DNA of 64,000 bases. It comes from an uncultured delta proteobacterium. GTDB taxonomy: Bacteria > Desulfobacterota > Desulfobaccia > Desulfobaccales > 0-14-0-80-60-11. Under the pieces are notes generated by a model that saw only the letters and a program-made list of their open reading frames with translations, ran no database searches and was not told where the DNA came from. This document shows, piece after piece, positions 1-11,058 of the stretch (within the stretch, counting starts at the first letter, position 1; each line of letters begins with the position of its first letter). The position numbers were made by a program, and so were the translations under genes. The stretch spans positions 1,088,001-1,152,000 of the forward strand of contig CAWETI010000002.1 of assembly GCA_963812015.1 (NCBI GenBank). Direction: 5' to 3'.

Positions 1-1
1 G

Positions 2-211
2 GGCTGCCTCTCCATTGTCCTGGCCAACTCTATGATGGGGGAAGTGACCCCCAAGATGGCCGAAGCCATTGCCTCGGCCCCGGCCCGGAAGATTTTGCTG
101 CCCTTGACTCAAGAGGCGGTGGAGATCGTCGGCCTGATCCCCGAACCTCTCCCCCACCTGGTGGATAAGATCGTCAGCCAGAAGTTAAAGGAGGTAATCG
201 ACCATGTGTGA
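2..211 (+). CDS. DUF3842-family protein, 5'-partial (C-terminal part)
   Basis: Frame 2 is open from the window edge: GCLSIVLANSMMGEVTPKMAEAIASAPARKILLPL...HV*. The 'ANSMMGEVTPKMAEAI' motif is typical of DUF3842; the stop overlaps the next ATG. Confidence 0.65.
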   Translation, partial: GCLSIVLANSMMGEVTPKMAEAIASAPARKILLPLTQEAVEIVGLIPEPLPHLVDKIVSQKLKEVIDHV

Positions 212-392
212 AGCGACGGCGTACCTGTTAAAAAACGGCCAGGAGGAACTGGTTCTCAAGGATGTGGATGTTATCGAGCCGGATGGCGACAGCGTCAGGA
301 TTGTCAATATTTTTGGGGAACAGAAGGTGTTGAAGGCCCAGATCCACAGCCTGAATCTGATCAATCATAAGGTCTTGCTGGTGGAAAAATAA
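204..392 (+). CDS. cooT: CooT-family nickel-binding protein
   Basis: 62 aa, N-terminal MCEATAY and 'IFGEQK...HKV' pattern; GGAGG RBS upstream. Confidence 0.75.
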   Translation: MCEATAYLLKNGQEELVLKDVDVIEPDGDSVRIVNIFGEQKVLKAQIHSLNLINHKVLLVEK

Positions 393-606
393 CGGTTTTC
401 GGTTTGCGGTTTTCAGTAAAAGCAAAACCGCTTCAAACTAATAGCGACCATGTTTATAAGAAAAGAGGTAGGGTGGGCGATGCCCATCCTACCTCTTGCT
501 TATGATACGCTCTTCTGGGTTAGCGGAGATTATCAGCCGGGCCAGGGCCTGAGGCCCGGCTTTAGGTCTTAATCACCGAAAACCGAAAACAGGAAACAGA
601 AAACCA
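393..606. repeat. Intergenic module: (CGGTTTT)n array, REP-like palindrome, inverted (AAAACCG)n array
   Basis: Heptamers at 393-420 and inverted heptamers at 579-606; palindrome AAGAGGTAGGGTGGGC (463-478) / GCCCATCCTACCTCTT (482-497). Confidence 0.75.
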
Positions 607-609
607 GTT

Positions 610-1749
610 TTACTGCACCTTGACGTACTTGCCGCCTTTGACTTCCAGCAGATAAACCCCTTCAGTGCCGGCGCGCACCACGTCGTGCTCCTTATTAAAC
701 GACAGTTTGCCGGTGACGCCGTCAAAATCTTTCATATTGTCCAGGTATTTCTTGATGCCTTCCGCTGTGGGGCCGTCCTTTTTCATGGCGTCAAGGAGCA
801 TGGAGGTGGCATCGTAGTGGAGGGCCGCAAACATGATGTTCAAGGGATCATTGTTCTTTTTGGCCAGATCGAAGTAGGCTTTCTTGAAGGCCTCGTTCTT
901 CGGGGTATTATATTCTTCGTCGTATTCACCCCCGATGAGGTGGCCTTCGGCGTTGGGACCGGCCAACTGGATATAGACCGGGTCCATGTCGCCGTAAACC
1001 CCCAAAATCTTCTGCTTCATGCCCAATTGCCGGGCCTGGGCCGCGGCGGGGGCGGTTTCCGGGGTATAGCCGGGGATGAACAGGATATCGGGGTTGGTGG
1101 CTTTGATCTTGGTGAGCTGGGCCTTGAAGTCCCGGGAGCCCCGCATAAAGGATTCGGTGGGCACCACCTTGATGCCGTTTTTTTCAAAGAACTTGGTGAA
1201 AAGATCGGCGCAGCCCTTACCATACGGTTCGTTGGAGAACAGAATGGCCACGGTCTTGGGCTTCCAGTTCTTCACCACATAGTCGGTCAGAACTTGGGCC
1301 TGCTTGTCGATGCGGGAGCAGCCGCGGTAGAGATAGGCGCCGTAACCGCTGAGTTTGGGGGTAGTGGCGGTGGGGCTGAGTTCCACTACTTTAGCGTCAT
1401 TGGCGATTTTGCCTGCGGCCATCATGCCGCCGGAGGTCATGGGGCCGATAATGGCCAAGACTTTGTCCACGTTGATGAGTTTCTGCACCGCATTCACCGA
1501 CGCCGCGGGAGAGTCTTTTTCGTCTTCAAATATCACTTCCACTTGGCGGCCATTGATGCCGCCGGCCTTATTGACCTGATCCACTGCCAGTTCCACCCCC
1601 CGTTTGGAGGGGATGCCGTGCTCGGCGCCCACGGACAGACGCAGCACCGCGCCGATCTTGATGGGCTCGGCCCCGAAGGCGAGACCGGCGGTTAGCAAGG
1701 TGAGGGCCAGAGCGACCACCAAAATTTTGCGTATACTCATCATGTTCAA
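610..1749 (-). CDS. ABC transporter substrate-binding protein, LivJ/LivK (branched-chain amino acid) type
   Basis: Signal peptide; 'IKIGA..', 'NKAGGINGRQVEV', 'FDGVTGKLSF' motifs. Confidence 0.9.
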   Translation of the reverse strand: MNMMSIRKILVVALALTLLTAGLAFGAEPIKIGAVLRLSVGAEHGIPSKRGVELAVDQVNKAGGINGRQVEVIFEDEKDSPAASVNAVQKLINVDKVLAIIGPMTSGGMMAAGKIANDAKVVELSPTATTPKLSGYGAYLYRGCSRIDKQAQVLTDYVVKNWKPKTVAILFSNEPYGKGCADLFTKFFEKNGIKVVPTESFMRGSRDFKAQLTKIKATNPDILFIPGYTPETAPAAAQARQLGMKQKILGVYGDMDPVYIQLAGPNAEGHLIGGEYDEEYNTPKNEAFKKAYFDLAKKNNDPLNIMFAALHYDATSMLLDAMKKDGPTAEGIKKYLDNMKDFDGVTGKLSFNKEHDVVRAGTEGVYLLEVKGGKYVKVQ

Positions 1750-1828
1750 TTCCTCCTTATCTTTTCCTTATAGGGTATTTCCGGCGGAAAGAAAATTAAA
1801 ATTGTGCCCCGGCTGGCTGCCTATCTCC

Positions 1829-3079
1829 TTATTCGGAGCCAAGCTCCTTCAAGGTGATGTGGGCGTTGATGCCCAGGTTTTCCTGAAGGTGGCGCCGGGC
1901 CCGGCGGCACAGCATCTCCAGGGCCTTGATCTCATCGGAGAAGAAACTCTCTGCCACGATGAGGTCGATTTCCAGGACCTCCAGGCCTTTTTCCGTGACC
2001 ACCCGGTGGCGATACTCCGGGAGCGCCCCCCCCATGACTTCCTGGAGGAGCAGGCTGATCTGGTCCGGGTGTACTTTGATGCCCCCCACGGAGAAGATGG
2101 GATCGGTGCGTCCGGTGATTTCCCCCAGGCGCACCAGGGTGCGGCCGCAGTCACAGGTTTTTGGTAAGAGCGACGTCCGGTCGCCACTGCGAAAACGGAC
2201 CAACGGGAAGGCCACGGTGCTCAGGGTGGTGATCACCAGCTCCCCGGGGGTGCCGGGGGGGAGCGGGGTCCCGGTCTCGGGGTCGATGATCTCCGGGTAA
2301 AAGTGGTCCTCGGAGAAGTGGAGGCCGCCGTCGGCGCCGCAACTGAAGGCCAGCCCCGGCCCCATGACTTCGGTGATGCCGTAGGCCGTGGCGAGCTTAA
2401 CCTGGAAGCCCGCCTCGATCTCCCGGCGCACCTCGCCGGGGAGCGGCGAGGCCACCAGCAGGGCCTGCTTGAGGCTAAGTTCCGCCGGGGTCAGGCCCAT
2501 GCGGGCCATCACCGTCAGGAGATGCCGGGCCAGGGGCGGCGTGGTGACCAGGACCGAGGTCTTGTAATCCCGCATCACCATGAGTTCCTTGGCAAAATTG
2601 AGGGTTGCCGGCGGGATCACCGAGGCTCCCAGGTATTCGGCCCCGGCTTGGAGGTCCCGGCGCCAGTTGGCCAACCCGGGGGGCAGGATAATTTGCAGGA
2701 TGTCTTCCCGGGTGACTTCGGCGGCGGCGTATAACCGGGCCAGGAGCTCCAGCCAGAGCTTGACGTCCTGGGCGGCATAGCCCACCACCAGTGGCTTCTC
2801 CGTGGTGCCGGGGGAGGAGAGGATGCGGACGATGTCCCGGAGAGGCACGGCGAAGAGGCCGTAGGGGTAGTTTTCCGACAGGTCTTTCCGGCTGGTGCAG
2901 GGGAGCTTCGCCAAATCGCCCAGGCTCCGGAAGTCATCCAGGTTCAGCCCCAGGCGGTCGAACCGGCGGCGGTAGAATTTCACCTGACGGTAAGCCCGGG
3001 TGAGGGTGCTCTGGAGGCGCTCCAGTTGCAGGAGCTCCAATTCCCCCCGGTCCATGGCCTCAATTTCCGGTTGGCGCAT
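1829..3079 (-). CDS. Phenylacetate-CoA ligase-like protein (divergent paralog)
   Basis: Colinear with 8726-10027 (ENYPYGLFAVP, YGITEVMGPG, EDHFYPEIIDP, FPLVRFRSGD), but the P-loop is altered and the C-terminal Lys motif is missing. Confidence 0.85.
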   Translation of the reverse strand: MRQPEIEAMDRGELELLQLERLQSTLTRAYRQVKFYRRRFDRLGLNLDDFRSLGDLAKLPCTSRKDLSENYPYGLFAVPLRDIVRILSSPGTTEKPLVVGYAAQDVKLWLELLARLYAAAEVTREDILQIILPPGLANWRRDLQAGAEYLGASVIPPATLNFAKELMVMRDYKTSVLVTTPPLARHLLTVMARMGLTPAELSLKQALLVASPLPGEVRREIEAGFQVKLATAYGITEVMGPGLAFSCGADGGLHFSEDHFYPEIIDPETGTPLPPGTPGELVITTLSTVAFPLVRFRSGDRTSLLPKTCDCGRTLVRLGEITGRTDPIFSVGGIKVHPDQISLLLQEVMGGALPEYRHRVVTEKGLEVLEIDLIVAESFFSDEIKALEMLCRRARRHLQENLGINAHITLKELGSE

Positions 3080-3153
3080 GTGTCCTCCCTCCCTATCTCA
3101 CGCCAAGACGCAAAGACGCCAAGGCGCAAGGTTCATATCATCAGCATTAGACC

Positions 3154-3891
3154 TTACCGCCCCTCGGTAAATTCCTTGTAGTCCCGGCCCAGATAGGCCC
3201 GGGTCACCTGGCGGTCCTGGAGCAGGTCGGCGGCATTGCCGCTCAGGATAATGCGGCCCGTTTCCAGGACGTAGGCCCGGTCGGCGACCTTGAGCGCCCC
3301 CCGGGCGTTCTGCTCCACCAGAAGAATGGTTACCCCTTCGGTGCGCAGTTGGCTCAGCCGGGCCAGGATGTCCTCCACCACGATGGGGGCCAGACCCAGG
3401 GAGGGCTCATCCAACAGCAAGAGCCGGGGGCGGGCCATGAGGGCCCGGCCGATGGCCAGCATTTGCTGTTCCCCGCCGCTCATGGTGCCGGCCTGCTGGG
3501 CCAGACGGTCCTTGAGGCGCGGAAAAAGCTGAAAGACCCGTTCCAGGTCTGACTGGATGGCGGCGCGGGCCTCTTTGCGGTAGCGGCGGTAGGCCCCCAG
3601 CTCCAGATTTTCCGCCACGGTCATGGGCGCAAAGAGCTGGCGGCCTTCGGGGACCTGGGAGATCCCCAACCCCACGATCTCCTCCGGGGCCAGGCCGCGT
3701 AACGTGCGCCCGGAGAACTCCAGGTCGCCGTCTTTCCGCACCAGCCCGCAAATGGCGTTGAGCAGGGTGGTCTTCCCCGCGCCGTTGGCCCCAATGAGGG
3801 TGACGATTTCGCCCTCCCGGACGCGACAGGTCACGCCGCTGAGGGCTTTCACGGAGCCGTAGTAGGCGGAGAGGTTACGGATTTTTAGCAT
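3154..3891 (-). CDS. livF: Branched-chain amino acid ABC transporter ATP-binding protein
   Basis: GANGAGKT Walker A, MSGGEQQMLAIGRALM, LLLLDEPSLGLAP. Confidence 0.92.
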   Translation of the reverse strand: MLKIRNLSAYYGSVKALSGVTCRVREGEIVTLIGANGAGKTTLLNAICGLVRKDGDLEFSGRTLRGLAPEEIVGLGISQVPEGRQLFAPMTVAENLELGAYRRYRKEARAAIQSDLERVFQLFPRLKDRLAQQAGTMSGGEQQMLAIGRALMARPRLLLLDEPSLGLAPIVVEDILARLSQLRTEGVTILLVEQNARGALKVADRAYVLETGRIILSGNAADLLQDRQVTRAYLGRDYKEFTEGR

Positions 3892-3893
3892 TA

Positions 3894-4128
3894 CGGTTTT
3901 CAGTTTTCGGTTTTCGGTTAAAAAGATTACCCATCAATCAAAAATTATCCCTTTTGGCAGTTATTGTATGGTGGGCACGGCCCAGCATACATCCAAAGGC
4001 TGGCGGGCAATGCCCGCCCTACATTGTTTGCATGGGTGGAACGGGCTTTCCAGCCTGTTCTGCACAGGCGAGACGCCTGTGCCACCAAGGCTTTTAATTA
4101 AAAACCAAAAACCAAAAACGAAAAACCG
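3894..4128. repeat. Intergenic module: (CGGTTTT)n array, REP-like palindromes, inverted (AAAACC[A/G])n array
   Basis: Heptamers at 3894-3921 and 4101-4128; internal palindromes GGCGGGCA-A-TGCCCGCC and GCACAGGCG-AGA-CGCCTGTGC. Confidence 0.75.
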
Positions 4129-4134
4129 GCTTCT

Positions 4135-4893
<759 letters not shown>

Positions 4894-4903
4894 GAGCGGC
4901 GTC

Positions 4904-5872
4904 TCAGACAGGGAAGGTCCCTCCTTCCCGCTTGTAGCGCCGGAATTCGTAAAGGTCCAGGATGCCCCGGACCAGGCCCCGGGGCAGGAAGATCATCACC
5001 ACCATGAGGATGGCTCCGAAGATGACCACTTCAAAATCGTGAAAGACCGTGAGCGCCTCGGGGAGCACGGTGAGCGCCCCGGCCCCCAAAAGCGAGCCCC
5101 AGATGCTGGCCATACCGCCCAGGACCACCATGGTCACCAGTTTGATGGAAAACATGAAGCCGAAGGACGCCGGGGCGACGAAGTTGAGGGTATGGGCATA
5201 GAGGCTGCCGGCCAGGGAGGCGTAGAGGGCGCTCCAGACAAAGATCTTGAGCTTCATGCGGAAGGTGTCCACCCCCAGGGACTCGGCCCCGGCCTCGCTG
5301 TCGTGGAGGGCCCGGATCGCCCGACCGGTGCGGGAGTTCACCAGGTTGGCGCTGATATACAGGATCAAGCCCAGAATAATCCAGATCAACAGATAGAGGC
5401 GCCGGGGAGTGTTGAGGGCCAAGCCGGCCAGGGAGAGGGGGGGGATGCCGCTGAGGCCCGAGGGTCCCCCGGTGAGGCCCTGGGCCTCGTTGAGGATGAT
5501 GTAGACGATGATGCCGAAGCCCAGGGTGGCCATGGCCAGGTAGTAGCCCCGGAGCTTCAGGGCCGGGATGCCGATCAAGAAAGCGGCGGTGCCGGAAACC
5601 GCCAGCCCCGCCACCAGGGCCAGCCAGGGATTGACCCCGTAGGTGGCGGTGAGGATGCCGGAAGTATAGGCACCCAGGCCGAAGAAGGCGGCGTGTCCCA
5701 GGGAGATCTGGCCGGCATAGCCCAGGAGCAGGTTGAGCCCCACCACCAACAGGGTATGGATGCCGATGAAATTGAGGAGGGTGTAGTAGTAGTCATGGTC
5801 CATGAAAACGGCGATGGCCACGACCACCAGGGCAAAGAGGAACCAGCGGTTCAGGAATCGGAGCCGGGTCAT
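4904..5872 (-). CDS. livM: Branched-chain amino acid ABC transporter permease
   Basis: GLNLLLGYAGQISLGHAAFFGLGAY, LRGYYLAMATLGF, VVLGG motifs; start moved to the ATG at 5872, which overlaps the livH stop. Confidence 0.92.
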   Translation of the reverse strand: MTRLRFLNRWFLFALVVVAIAVFMDHDYYYTLLNFIGIHTLLVVGLNLLLGYAGQISLGHAAFFGLGAYTSGILTATYGVNPWLALVAGLAVSGTAAFLIGIPALKLRGYYLAMATLGFGIIVYIILNEAQGLTGGPSGLSGIPPLSLAGLALNTPRRLYLLIWIILGLILYISANLVNSRTGRAIRALHDSEAGAESLGVDTFRMKLKIFVWSALYASLAGSLYAHTLNFVAPASFGFMFSIKLVTMVVLGGMASIWGSLLGAGALTVLPEALTVFHDFEVVIFGAILMVVMIFLPRGLVRGILDLYEFRRYKREGGTFPV

Positions 5873-6738
5873 TTCCGTCCTCCCACCAGCCCCTGGGGGC
5901 GCAGGAACAGGACCAGGAGGAGCAGGAGAAAGGCCACCGCATCCCGGTAGCCGGAGGAGATGAAGCCGGTGGCCAGGGCCTCGGCTACGCCCAGGACCAA
6001 GCCCCCCAGGACCCCGCCCCAAAGGCTCCCCAGGCCCCCGATGATGGCGGCGGAAAATCCCTTGAGGCCCAGCATGGTGCCCATGTCATAGACACCCAGG
6101 GTGAGGGGGGCGATGAGGATGCCGGCCCCCGCCCCCAGGGCGGCGCTGACCCCGAAGGAGAGCTGGACCATGCGGCCGGCGGCGATCCCCACCAGGCGGG
6201 CGGCCCGGGTGTTATAGGCGCAAGCCCGCATGGCCTTGCCCACCAGGGTAAGCCGAAAAAAGGCCTCCAGGGCTGCCACCGAAATCGCCGTGATCCCCAG
6301 CACCCAGAGGTTTTGGGGCAAAATGGTAGCCTCCCCCAGGTGGATGGGGGTATTGCCGGAAAAGGGCGGCAGGATGTAAGCCTCTTTGCCCCACAGGAGC
6401 ATGGCCACGCCTTTGATCAGGACGGCGCCGCCCACGGTGATGATGATCAGGGTGATGGGGCTGGGGTCTTTGACCGGACGCAGGGCCAGGCGCTCAAAGA
6501 CCAGCCCCACGATGGTCACCAGGATGACGGCGCCCACAAAGGCCAGGGGGAGAGAGGGGATCACCTGGTAGATGCTGATGGCGCACAAGGCCCCCAGCAT
6601 CACCATCTCGCCCTGGGCGAAGTTGATGATGGTGGTGGCATTGTAAATGATGCCGAACCCCAGGGCGATGAGGGCGTAAATCGCGCCGTTGGTCAGGCCG
6701 GAGACGAGATACTGCAGCAGGTCGGCAAGGATCTCCAA
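5869..6738 (-). CDS. livH: Branched-chain amino acid ABC transporter permease
   Basis: GAIYALIALGF...INFAQGE, GKAMRA, IIGGLGS, RPQGLVG motifs. Confidence 0.92.
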   Translation of the reverse strand: MEILADLLQYLVSGLTNGAIYALIALGFGIIYNATTIINFAQGEMVMLGALCAISIYQVIPSLPLAFVGAVILVTIVGLVFERLALRPVKDPSPITLIIITVGGAVLIKGVAMLLWGKEAYILPPFSGNTPIHLGEATILPQNLWVLGITAISVAALEAFFRLTLVGKAMRACAYNTRAARLVGIAAGRMVQLSFGVSAALGAGAGILIAPLTLGVYDMGTMLGLKGFSAAIIGGLGSLWGGVLGGLVLGVAEALATGFISSGYRDAVAFLLLLLVLFLRPQGLVGGRK

Positions 6739-6761
6739 GGGGAGTGAACTGCCTCCATGAT

Positions 6762-6953
6762 CAGTAGTCAGTTGCCAGTAGTCAGTTAAAAAATAGTCCG
6801 GGCATGATCGGAACGACTAACTGCTACCGGCCATGGTAAGGATATCTATTGCATGCTCCAGTCAGCAGCAGTTGCCAGGCCAACGCCAGGAGTACCGCAA
6901 GGAAGGTCCTGGACGCCGGCAAATGGCAACTGGCGACTGACTGCTGACTACTA
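6762..6953. repeat. Intergenic module with inverted heptamer arrays (CAGTAGT/CAGTTGC ... GCAACTG/ACTGCTG)
   Basis: Four heptamers at 6762-6789; reverse-complement-like heptamers at 6919-6953. Confidence 0.7.
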
Positions 6954-8114
6954 ATCGATCAGCTGGAATTCGCCGTTGTGAATCTTGACCATCACAAAGG
7001 CGGCCGGGGACAGGCCGTTGTGGTCTTCCGGGCTCATATTGAAAATACCGCTGATGCCCACGAAGTTTTTGAGGCCTTCCAGTTCGCCGCGGATTTTCTC
7101 CTGGTTGTCGCCGGCCTTGGCCAGGGCCTGATTCAGCATGCGAATGGCGTCATAGGCATAGGCCCCGAAGCTGGATTCCGGCGCCTTAAATTTGGCTGAA
7201 TACTTTTCGGCGTATTCCTTACACACGGCCTTCTGAGGGTCGGTGTCGGGCAGCTGCTGCCAGATCACCAGCTTGCCGGCGGGCATGATGATTCCTTCCC
7301 CCGCATCCCCGGCCAGTTCGATGAATTTTTTGGAGGCCGCACCGTGACTCTGAATTAAGGGCAGGGTGAGACCCAGCTGTTTCATATTTTTGGCTACCAG
7401 GGCCGGGGCCGGGCCGGTGCCCCAACAAATCACCGCCTGGGCCGAAGTGCCCCGGAGCTTGGTGAGCTGGGGGGTCATGTCGGTGTCTTTTTCCCCGAAG
7501 ACCTCCTGGGCCACTATCTCGAAGCCGTACTTGGGGGCCAGGGCCAGGAGCTGCTGCTTGCCCGAGACCCCGAAACCGGTGGACACAGTGAGGATGGCCA
7601 CCTTTTTGAGATTTTGCTTTTGCAGGTACTGAAAGATGCGGTCCACCGCCATCTGGTCCGTTTGGGCGGTCTTGAAGACCCAGACGCGGTCCTTGGCCGG
7701 GGAGGTGATGTCAACGCCGGCGGCGCAGGAAATCAAAGGCAGTTTAGCCTTCTGGGTGATTTCCAGGGTGGTCATGGAGGTGTGGGTGAGACTGGGGCCG
7801 ATAACGGCCAGGACGCTTTTGTCCTGAGCCAGCTTGGTGGCATGGAGCCGGGCCTTGGTCACGTCGCCTTCGTCATCATAAATGACCAGCTTCAGCGGGT
7901 GACCATTGATGCCTCCCGTGGCGTTGACGGTCTCTGCCACCAGTTCCATGGAATTGCGTTCGGGCTCCCCGAGATAGGAGGCCGGGCCGCTGATGGAGAA
8001 GATGCCGCCCACCACGTAGGGCTCGGTCTTTTTGGCGCCGCCGCAGCCCAAAAAGATGAGGCCCAGACCGGCCAGGGCCAGGGTTACGCCAACCAGAATT
8101 GCCTTTATTTTCAT
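6951..8114 (-). CDS. ABC transporter substrate-binding lipoprotein, LivJ/LivK type
   Basis: Lipobox-like FLGC; 'SGPASYLGEPE', 'GGINGHPLKLVIYDD', 'SPEDHNGL'. Confidence 0.9.
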   Translation of the reverse strand: MKIKAILVGVTLALAGLGLIFLGCGGAKKTEPYVVGGIFSISGPASYLGEPERNSMELVAETVNATGGINGHPLKLVIYDDEGDVTKARLHATKLAQDKSVLAVIGPSLTHTSMTTLEITQKAKLPLISCAAGVDITSPAKDRVWVFKTAQTDQMAVDRIFQYLQKQNLKKVAILTVSTGFGVSGKQQLLALAPKYGFEIVAQEVFGEKDTDMTPQLTKLRGTSAQAVICWGTGPAPALVAKNMKQLGLTLPLIQSHGAASKKFIELAGDAGEGIIMPAGKLVIWQQLPDTDPQKAVCKEYAEKYSAKFKAPESSFGAYAYDAIRMLNQALAKAGDNQEKIRGELEGLKNFVGISGIFNMSPEDHNGLSPAAFVMVKIHNGEFQLID

Positions 8115-8134
8115 AAGCTCTCCTCCCCGATAAT

Positions 8135-8566
8135 TTAAAGTCGATATACTTCCTCGCCCTTATAGATGTGGATGCCTTCTTTCTGGAGCAATTCGATGGC
8201 CTGCTCCAGGTTGTCGAAGCGGAAGATGATCACCGCGTTCTTGCCGCTATGCTGGACGAAGGCGTACATGTATTCCACGTTGACGCCGGCTTTGGCCAGG
8301 ATTTGGAGCACCAGCCCCAATCCCCCGGGCCGGTCCGGCACCTCCACCGCCACCACCTCCGTCTTGCCGACGGTAAAGCCTTTATCCTTCAAGATCTCCC
8401 GGGCCCGATCGTACTGGTCCACGATGAGCCGCAGGATGCCGAAATCAGTGGTGTCGGCCAGGGAGAGGGCCCGGATGTTGATCCCGGATTCGCCCAGAAC
8501 CCGGGTGACTTCCGCCAGGCGGCCAGCCTTGTTCTCCAAAAATACCGAGATTTGTTCCACTTTCAT
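8135..8566 (-). CDS. Tandem ACT-domain protein
   Basis: [13 protein letters not shown] and VPDRPGGL...NVEYMYAF; the family commonly neighbours paaK in anaerobes. Confidence 0.9.
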   Translation of the reverse strand: MKVEQISVFLENKAGRLAEVTRVLGESGINIRALSLADTTDFGILRLIVDQYDRAREILKDKGFTVGKTEVVAVEVPDRPGGLGLVLQILAKAGVNVEYMYAFVQHSGKNAVIIFRFDNLEQAIELLQKEGIHIYKGEEVYRL

Positions 8567-8725
8567 GGTTGTGCTCCCTCATCGACGATGAACTTTACCT
8601 GCAGGAAAGAAGGCGGCCGGGGACGGCTGCCCCACCGGCCGGTTTAAACCGCCGCCCCCGGCGATTCTCAAGCCGGCGAGGGCGCTGGCGCCACATTTTC
8701 ACAAGAAATGTGCTTTAGCGAAGCC

Positions 8726-10027
8726 CTAAAGTTGCCGCTTGTCAATGACCCGCTTGGCCTTGCCTTCGCTGCGGGGGATGGATTGGGGCTCCACCAGTTT
8801 CACCTTGACGGAGACGGTGAAGTAATCCTTGATCTTCCTCTGGATGCCCTGGGCCAGGGCCTGTAATTGCTTGACTTCATCGGAGAAGGCGGTTTCATCT
8901 ACTTCCACCTGGACTTCCAGGGTATCTAGTTGCCCCTCCCGGTCGACGATGAGCTGGTAATGGGGCGCCACTCCCGGGGTTTCCATGAGCACGGACTCGA
9001 TCTGGGACGGGAAGACGTTCACGCCTCGAATAATGAGCATGTCATCGCTGCGGCCCTGGAAACGACTGATGCTGGCCATAGTCCGACCGCAGATGCAAGG
9101 GGCGTAATTCAGGGAGGTGATGTCCCGGGTGCGGTAGCGCAGCAGCGGGAAGGCCTCTTTGGTGAGGGTGGTGATGGCCAGTTCGCCTAACTCACCCGCC
9201 GGGACCGCTTCCAGGGTCGCCGGGTTGATGACCTCCGGCAGAAAGTGGTCTTCAAATATGTGCAGCCCCTGCTTGGCTTCGAGGCACTCGATGGCCACCC
9301 CCGGCCCCAGGATCTCGGATAGGCCGTAAATGTCCAGGGCATCGAGGTGGAGGCGCTTTTCGACTTCCTGGCGCATACCCTCGGTCCAGGGTTCGGCCCC
9401 GAAGACCCCCACCCGGAGCTTGGTCTTGGCGAAGTCCACCCCCATTTCCTGGCCCACCTCCGCCAGGTACAGGGCGAAGGAGGGGGTGCAGCAGAGGACG
9501 GTGGGACCGAAGTCCTGAATAAGCATGATCTGGCGGCGGGTCTGTCCCCCGGACACGGGGATCACCGCGGCTCCCAGGCGTTCAGCCCCGTAGTGGGCCC
9601 CCAAACCCCCGGTGAACAGGCCATAGCCGTAAGCCACGTGGATGATGTCGCCGCGATGGGCGCCCGCGGCCGCCAGGGCCCGGGCCATCAGCTCCGCCCA
9701 GGTTTCCAGGTCCCGCTGGGTATAGGCCACGGGAGTAGGCTTGCCGGTGGTGCCGGATGAGGCGTGAATCCGGACAATCTGGTCCATGGGGGCGGCAAAC
9801 ATACCGAAGGGGTAGTTGTCCCGCAGGTCCTGCTTGGTGGTGTAAGGCAGATGGCGAAGATCCCCCAGGGTGCGGATGTGTTCCGGCTTAACCCCCAACT
9901 CATCCATCCGCCGGCGATAGAACGGCACCAAATGATAGACCCGTTCCACCACCGCTTGCAGGCGTTTAAGCTGTAAGGTTTCCAGGTCTTCCCGGGGCAT
10001 AGTTTCATGTTCAACGTCACGGATCAT
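8726..10027 (-). CDS. paaK: Phenylacetate-CoA ligase
   Basis: [63 protein letters not shown] at 10027 follows GGAGG. Confidence 0.93.
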   Translation of the reverse strand: MIRDVEHETMPREDLETLQLKRLQAVVERVYHLVPFYRRRMDELGVKPEHIRTLGDLRHLPYTTKQDLRDNYPFGMFAAPMDQIVRIHASSGTTGKPTPVAYTQRDLETWAELMARALAAAGAHRGDIIHVAYGYGLFTGGLGAHYGAERLGAAVIPVSGGQTRRQIMLIQDFGPTVLCCTPSFALYLAEVGQEMGVDFAKTKLRVGVFGAEPWTEGMRQEVEKRLHLDALDIYGLSEILGPGVAIECLEAKQGLHIFEDHFLPEVINPATLEAVPAGELGELAITTLTKEAFPLLRYRTRDITSLNYAPCICGRTMASISRFQGRSDDMLIIRGVNVFPSQIESVLMETPGVAPHYQLIVDREGQLDTLEVQVEVDETAFSDEVKQLQALAQGIQRKIKDYFTVSVKVKLVEPQSIPRSEGKAKRVIDKRQL

Positions 10028-10179
10028 GTAACCTTGTACTCCTCCCTGATAGACATTTGTTAAAGATAGCACAAAGTCCCGCCGGGGGTCAAATATGCTT
10101 TTGCAGTTTTCTGAGCCAAGTGGTGAAAAACTGGAGGGATAGGGTGGCAGTTGGTCCGGGCGGCTCACACTTCCGGGAG

Positions 10180-10836
10180 TCAGGTTTCCAGGCTGTCGGC
10201 CCAGACCAGCAAGAAGCGGGTTGCCAGGGCGTAGCGGACCGCGGCGGAGCGGGCCTGGTTGTGGCGCAGCAGTCCGGCCCGGAGCAATTTCTGCAGGTAT
10301 TCCCAGGCGGTTTTGCGATCTATCCCGAAGTGCTGTTCGAAGTCTTTCAGGCGGAACCAGCCGCCCCGGGTGTGACCCAAAAACTCCCAGAGCTTTGCCC
10401 GGCTGAGCTTGCGGTGGGCCCGGCGGGGCAACAGGCCCAGGCCTTCTTCCTGAAACCAGGCGCGCAGCAGGTCTTCCCGGAGCGCCGGTGGGGCTGGGGT
10501 GAGGGCCGCCTGGGGCCGGCCCCCCATGGGGTCAGAGGGTTTGAGGGGGGTGCCGGTGACCAGGGGATAGTTAACGGGAAACCAGCGATCCACCTTACGG
10601 AGCAAGCGGTGGAAGCGGTCCAGGGTGACCCGCCCGGCCAGATGCGTGATCAGGGAATCTTTGAGGCGCTTTTTGACCACCTGCCGCTGGGTTTTGGGGT
10701 CAAAGGAGGAACCGCCGGTTTCCAGGATCACTTCCAGCATCAACCCGTTTACCAGGGCCCGGTCCAATTTTTCTTCTTCCGGTCCGGGGCCCTTCTGAGC
10801 TCCTTCCCAGACCCCGGATCTTTTGCTCCCATCCAT
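10180..10836 (-). CDS. Hypothetical protein with probable C-terminal winged helix-turn-helix
   Basis: 218 aa; C-terminal '[30 protein letters not shown]' resembles a wHTH. Confidence 0.6.
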   Translation of the reverse strand: MDGSKRSGVWEGAQKGPGPEEEKLDRALVNGLMLEVILETGGSSFDPKTQRQVVKKRLKDSLITHLAGRVTLDRFHRLLRKVDRWFPVNYPLVTGTPLKPSDPMGGRPQAALTPAPPALREDLLRAWFQEEGLGLLPRRAHRKLSRAKLWEFLGHTRGGWFRLKDFEQHFGIDRKTAWEYLQKLLRAGLLRHNQARSAAVRYALATRFLLVWADSLET

Positions 10837-10943
10837 CGCCGCCGCCGGGCCCGGGAGAGATGGAGGCGTTTCTCCCCGGGGTTCTGCACGTGAGTTCCAG
10901 GCAAGAGAACGTTACCGTTCCCGGCCCTGGTGCGGCTAAGAGA

Positions 10944-10960
10944 TGCAAGATCCCGGCCAG
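10944..10960 (-). promoter_or_regulatory. Putative sigma-54 (-24/-12) promoter
   Basis: Minus strand reads CTGGCCGGGATCTTGCA (GG-N10-GC with TTGC), about 110 bp upstream of the 10836 start. Confidence 0.5.
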
Positions 10961-11058
10961 AAAGGTTAAAAGGCTATGAGCTGAATATAATTATGAAATT
11001 ACGAAGGTGATTGGATCTCCTTTTAAAATGTCCCATTGCCTGTCCCAAGGGTATCCCA

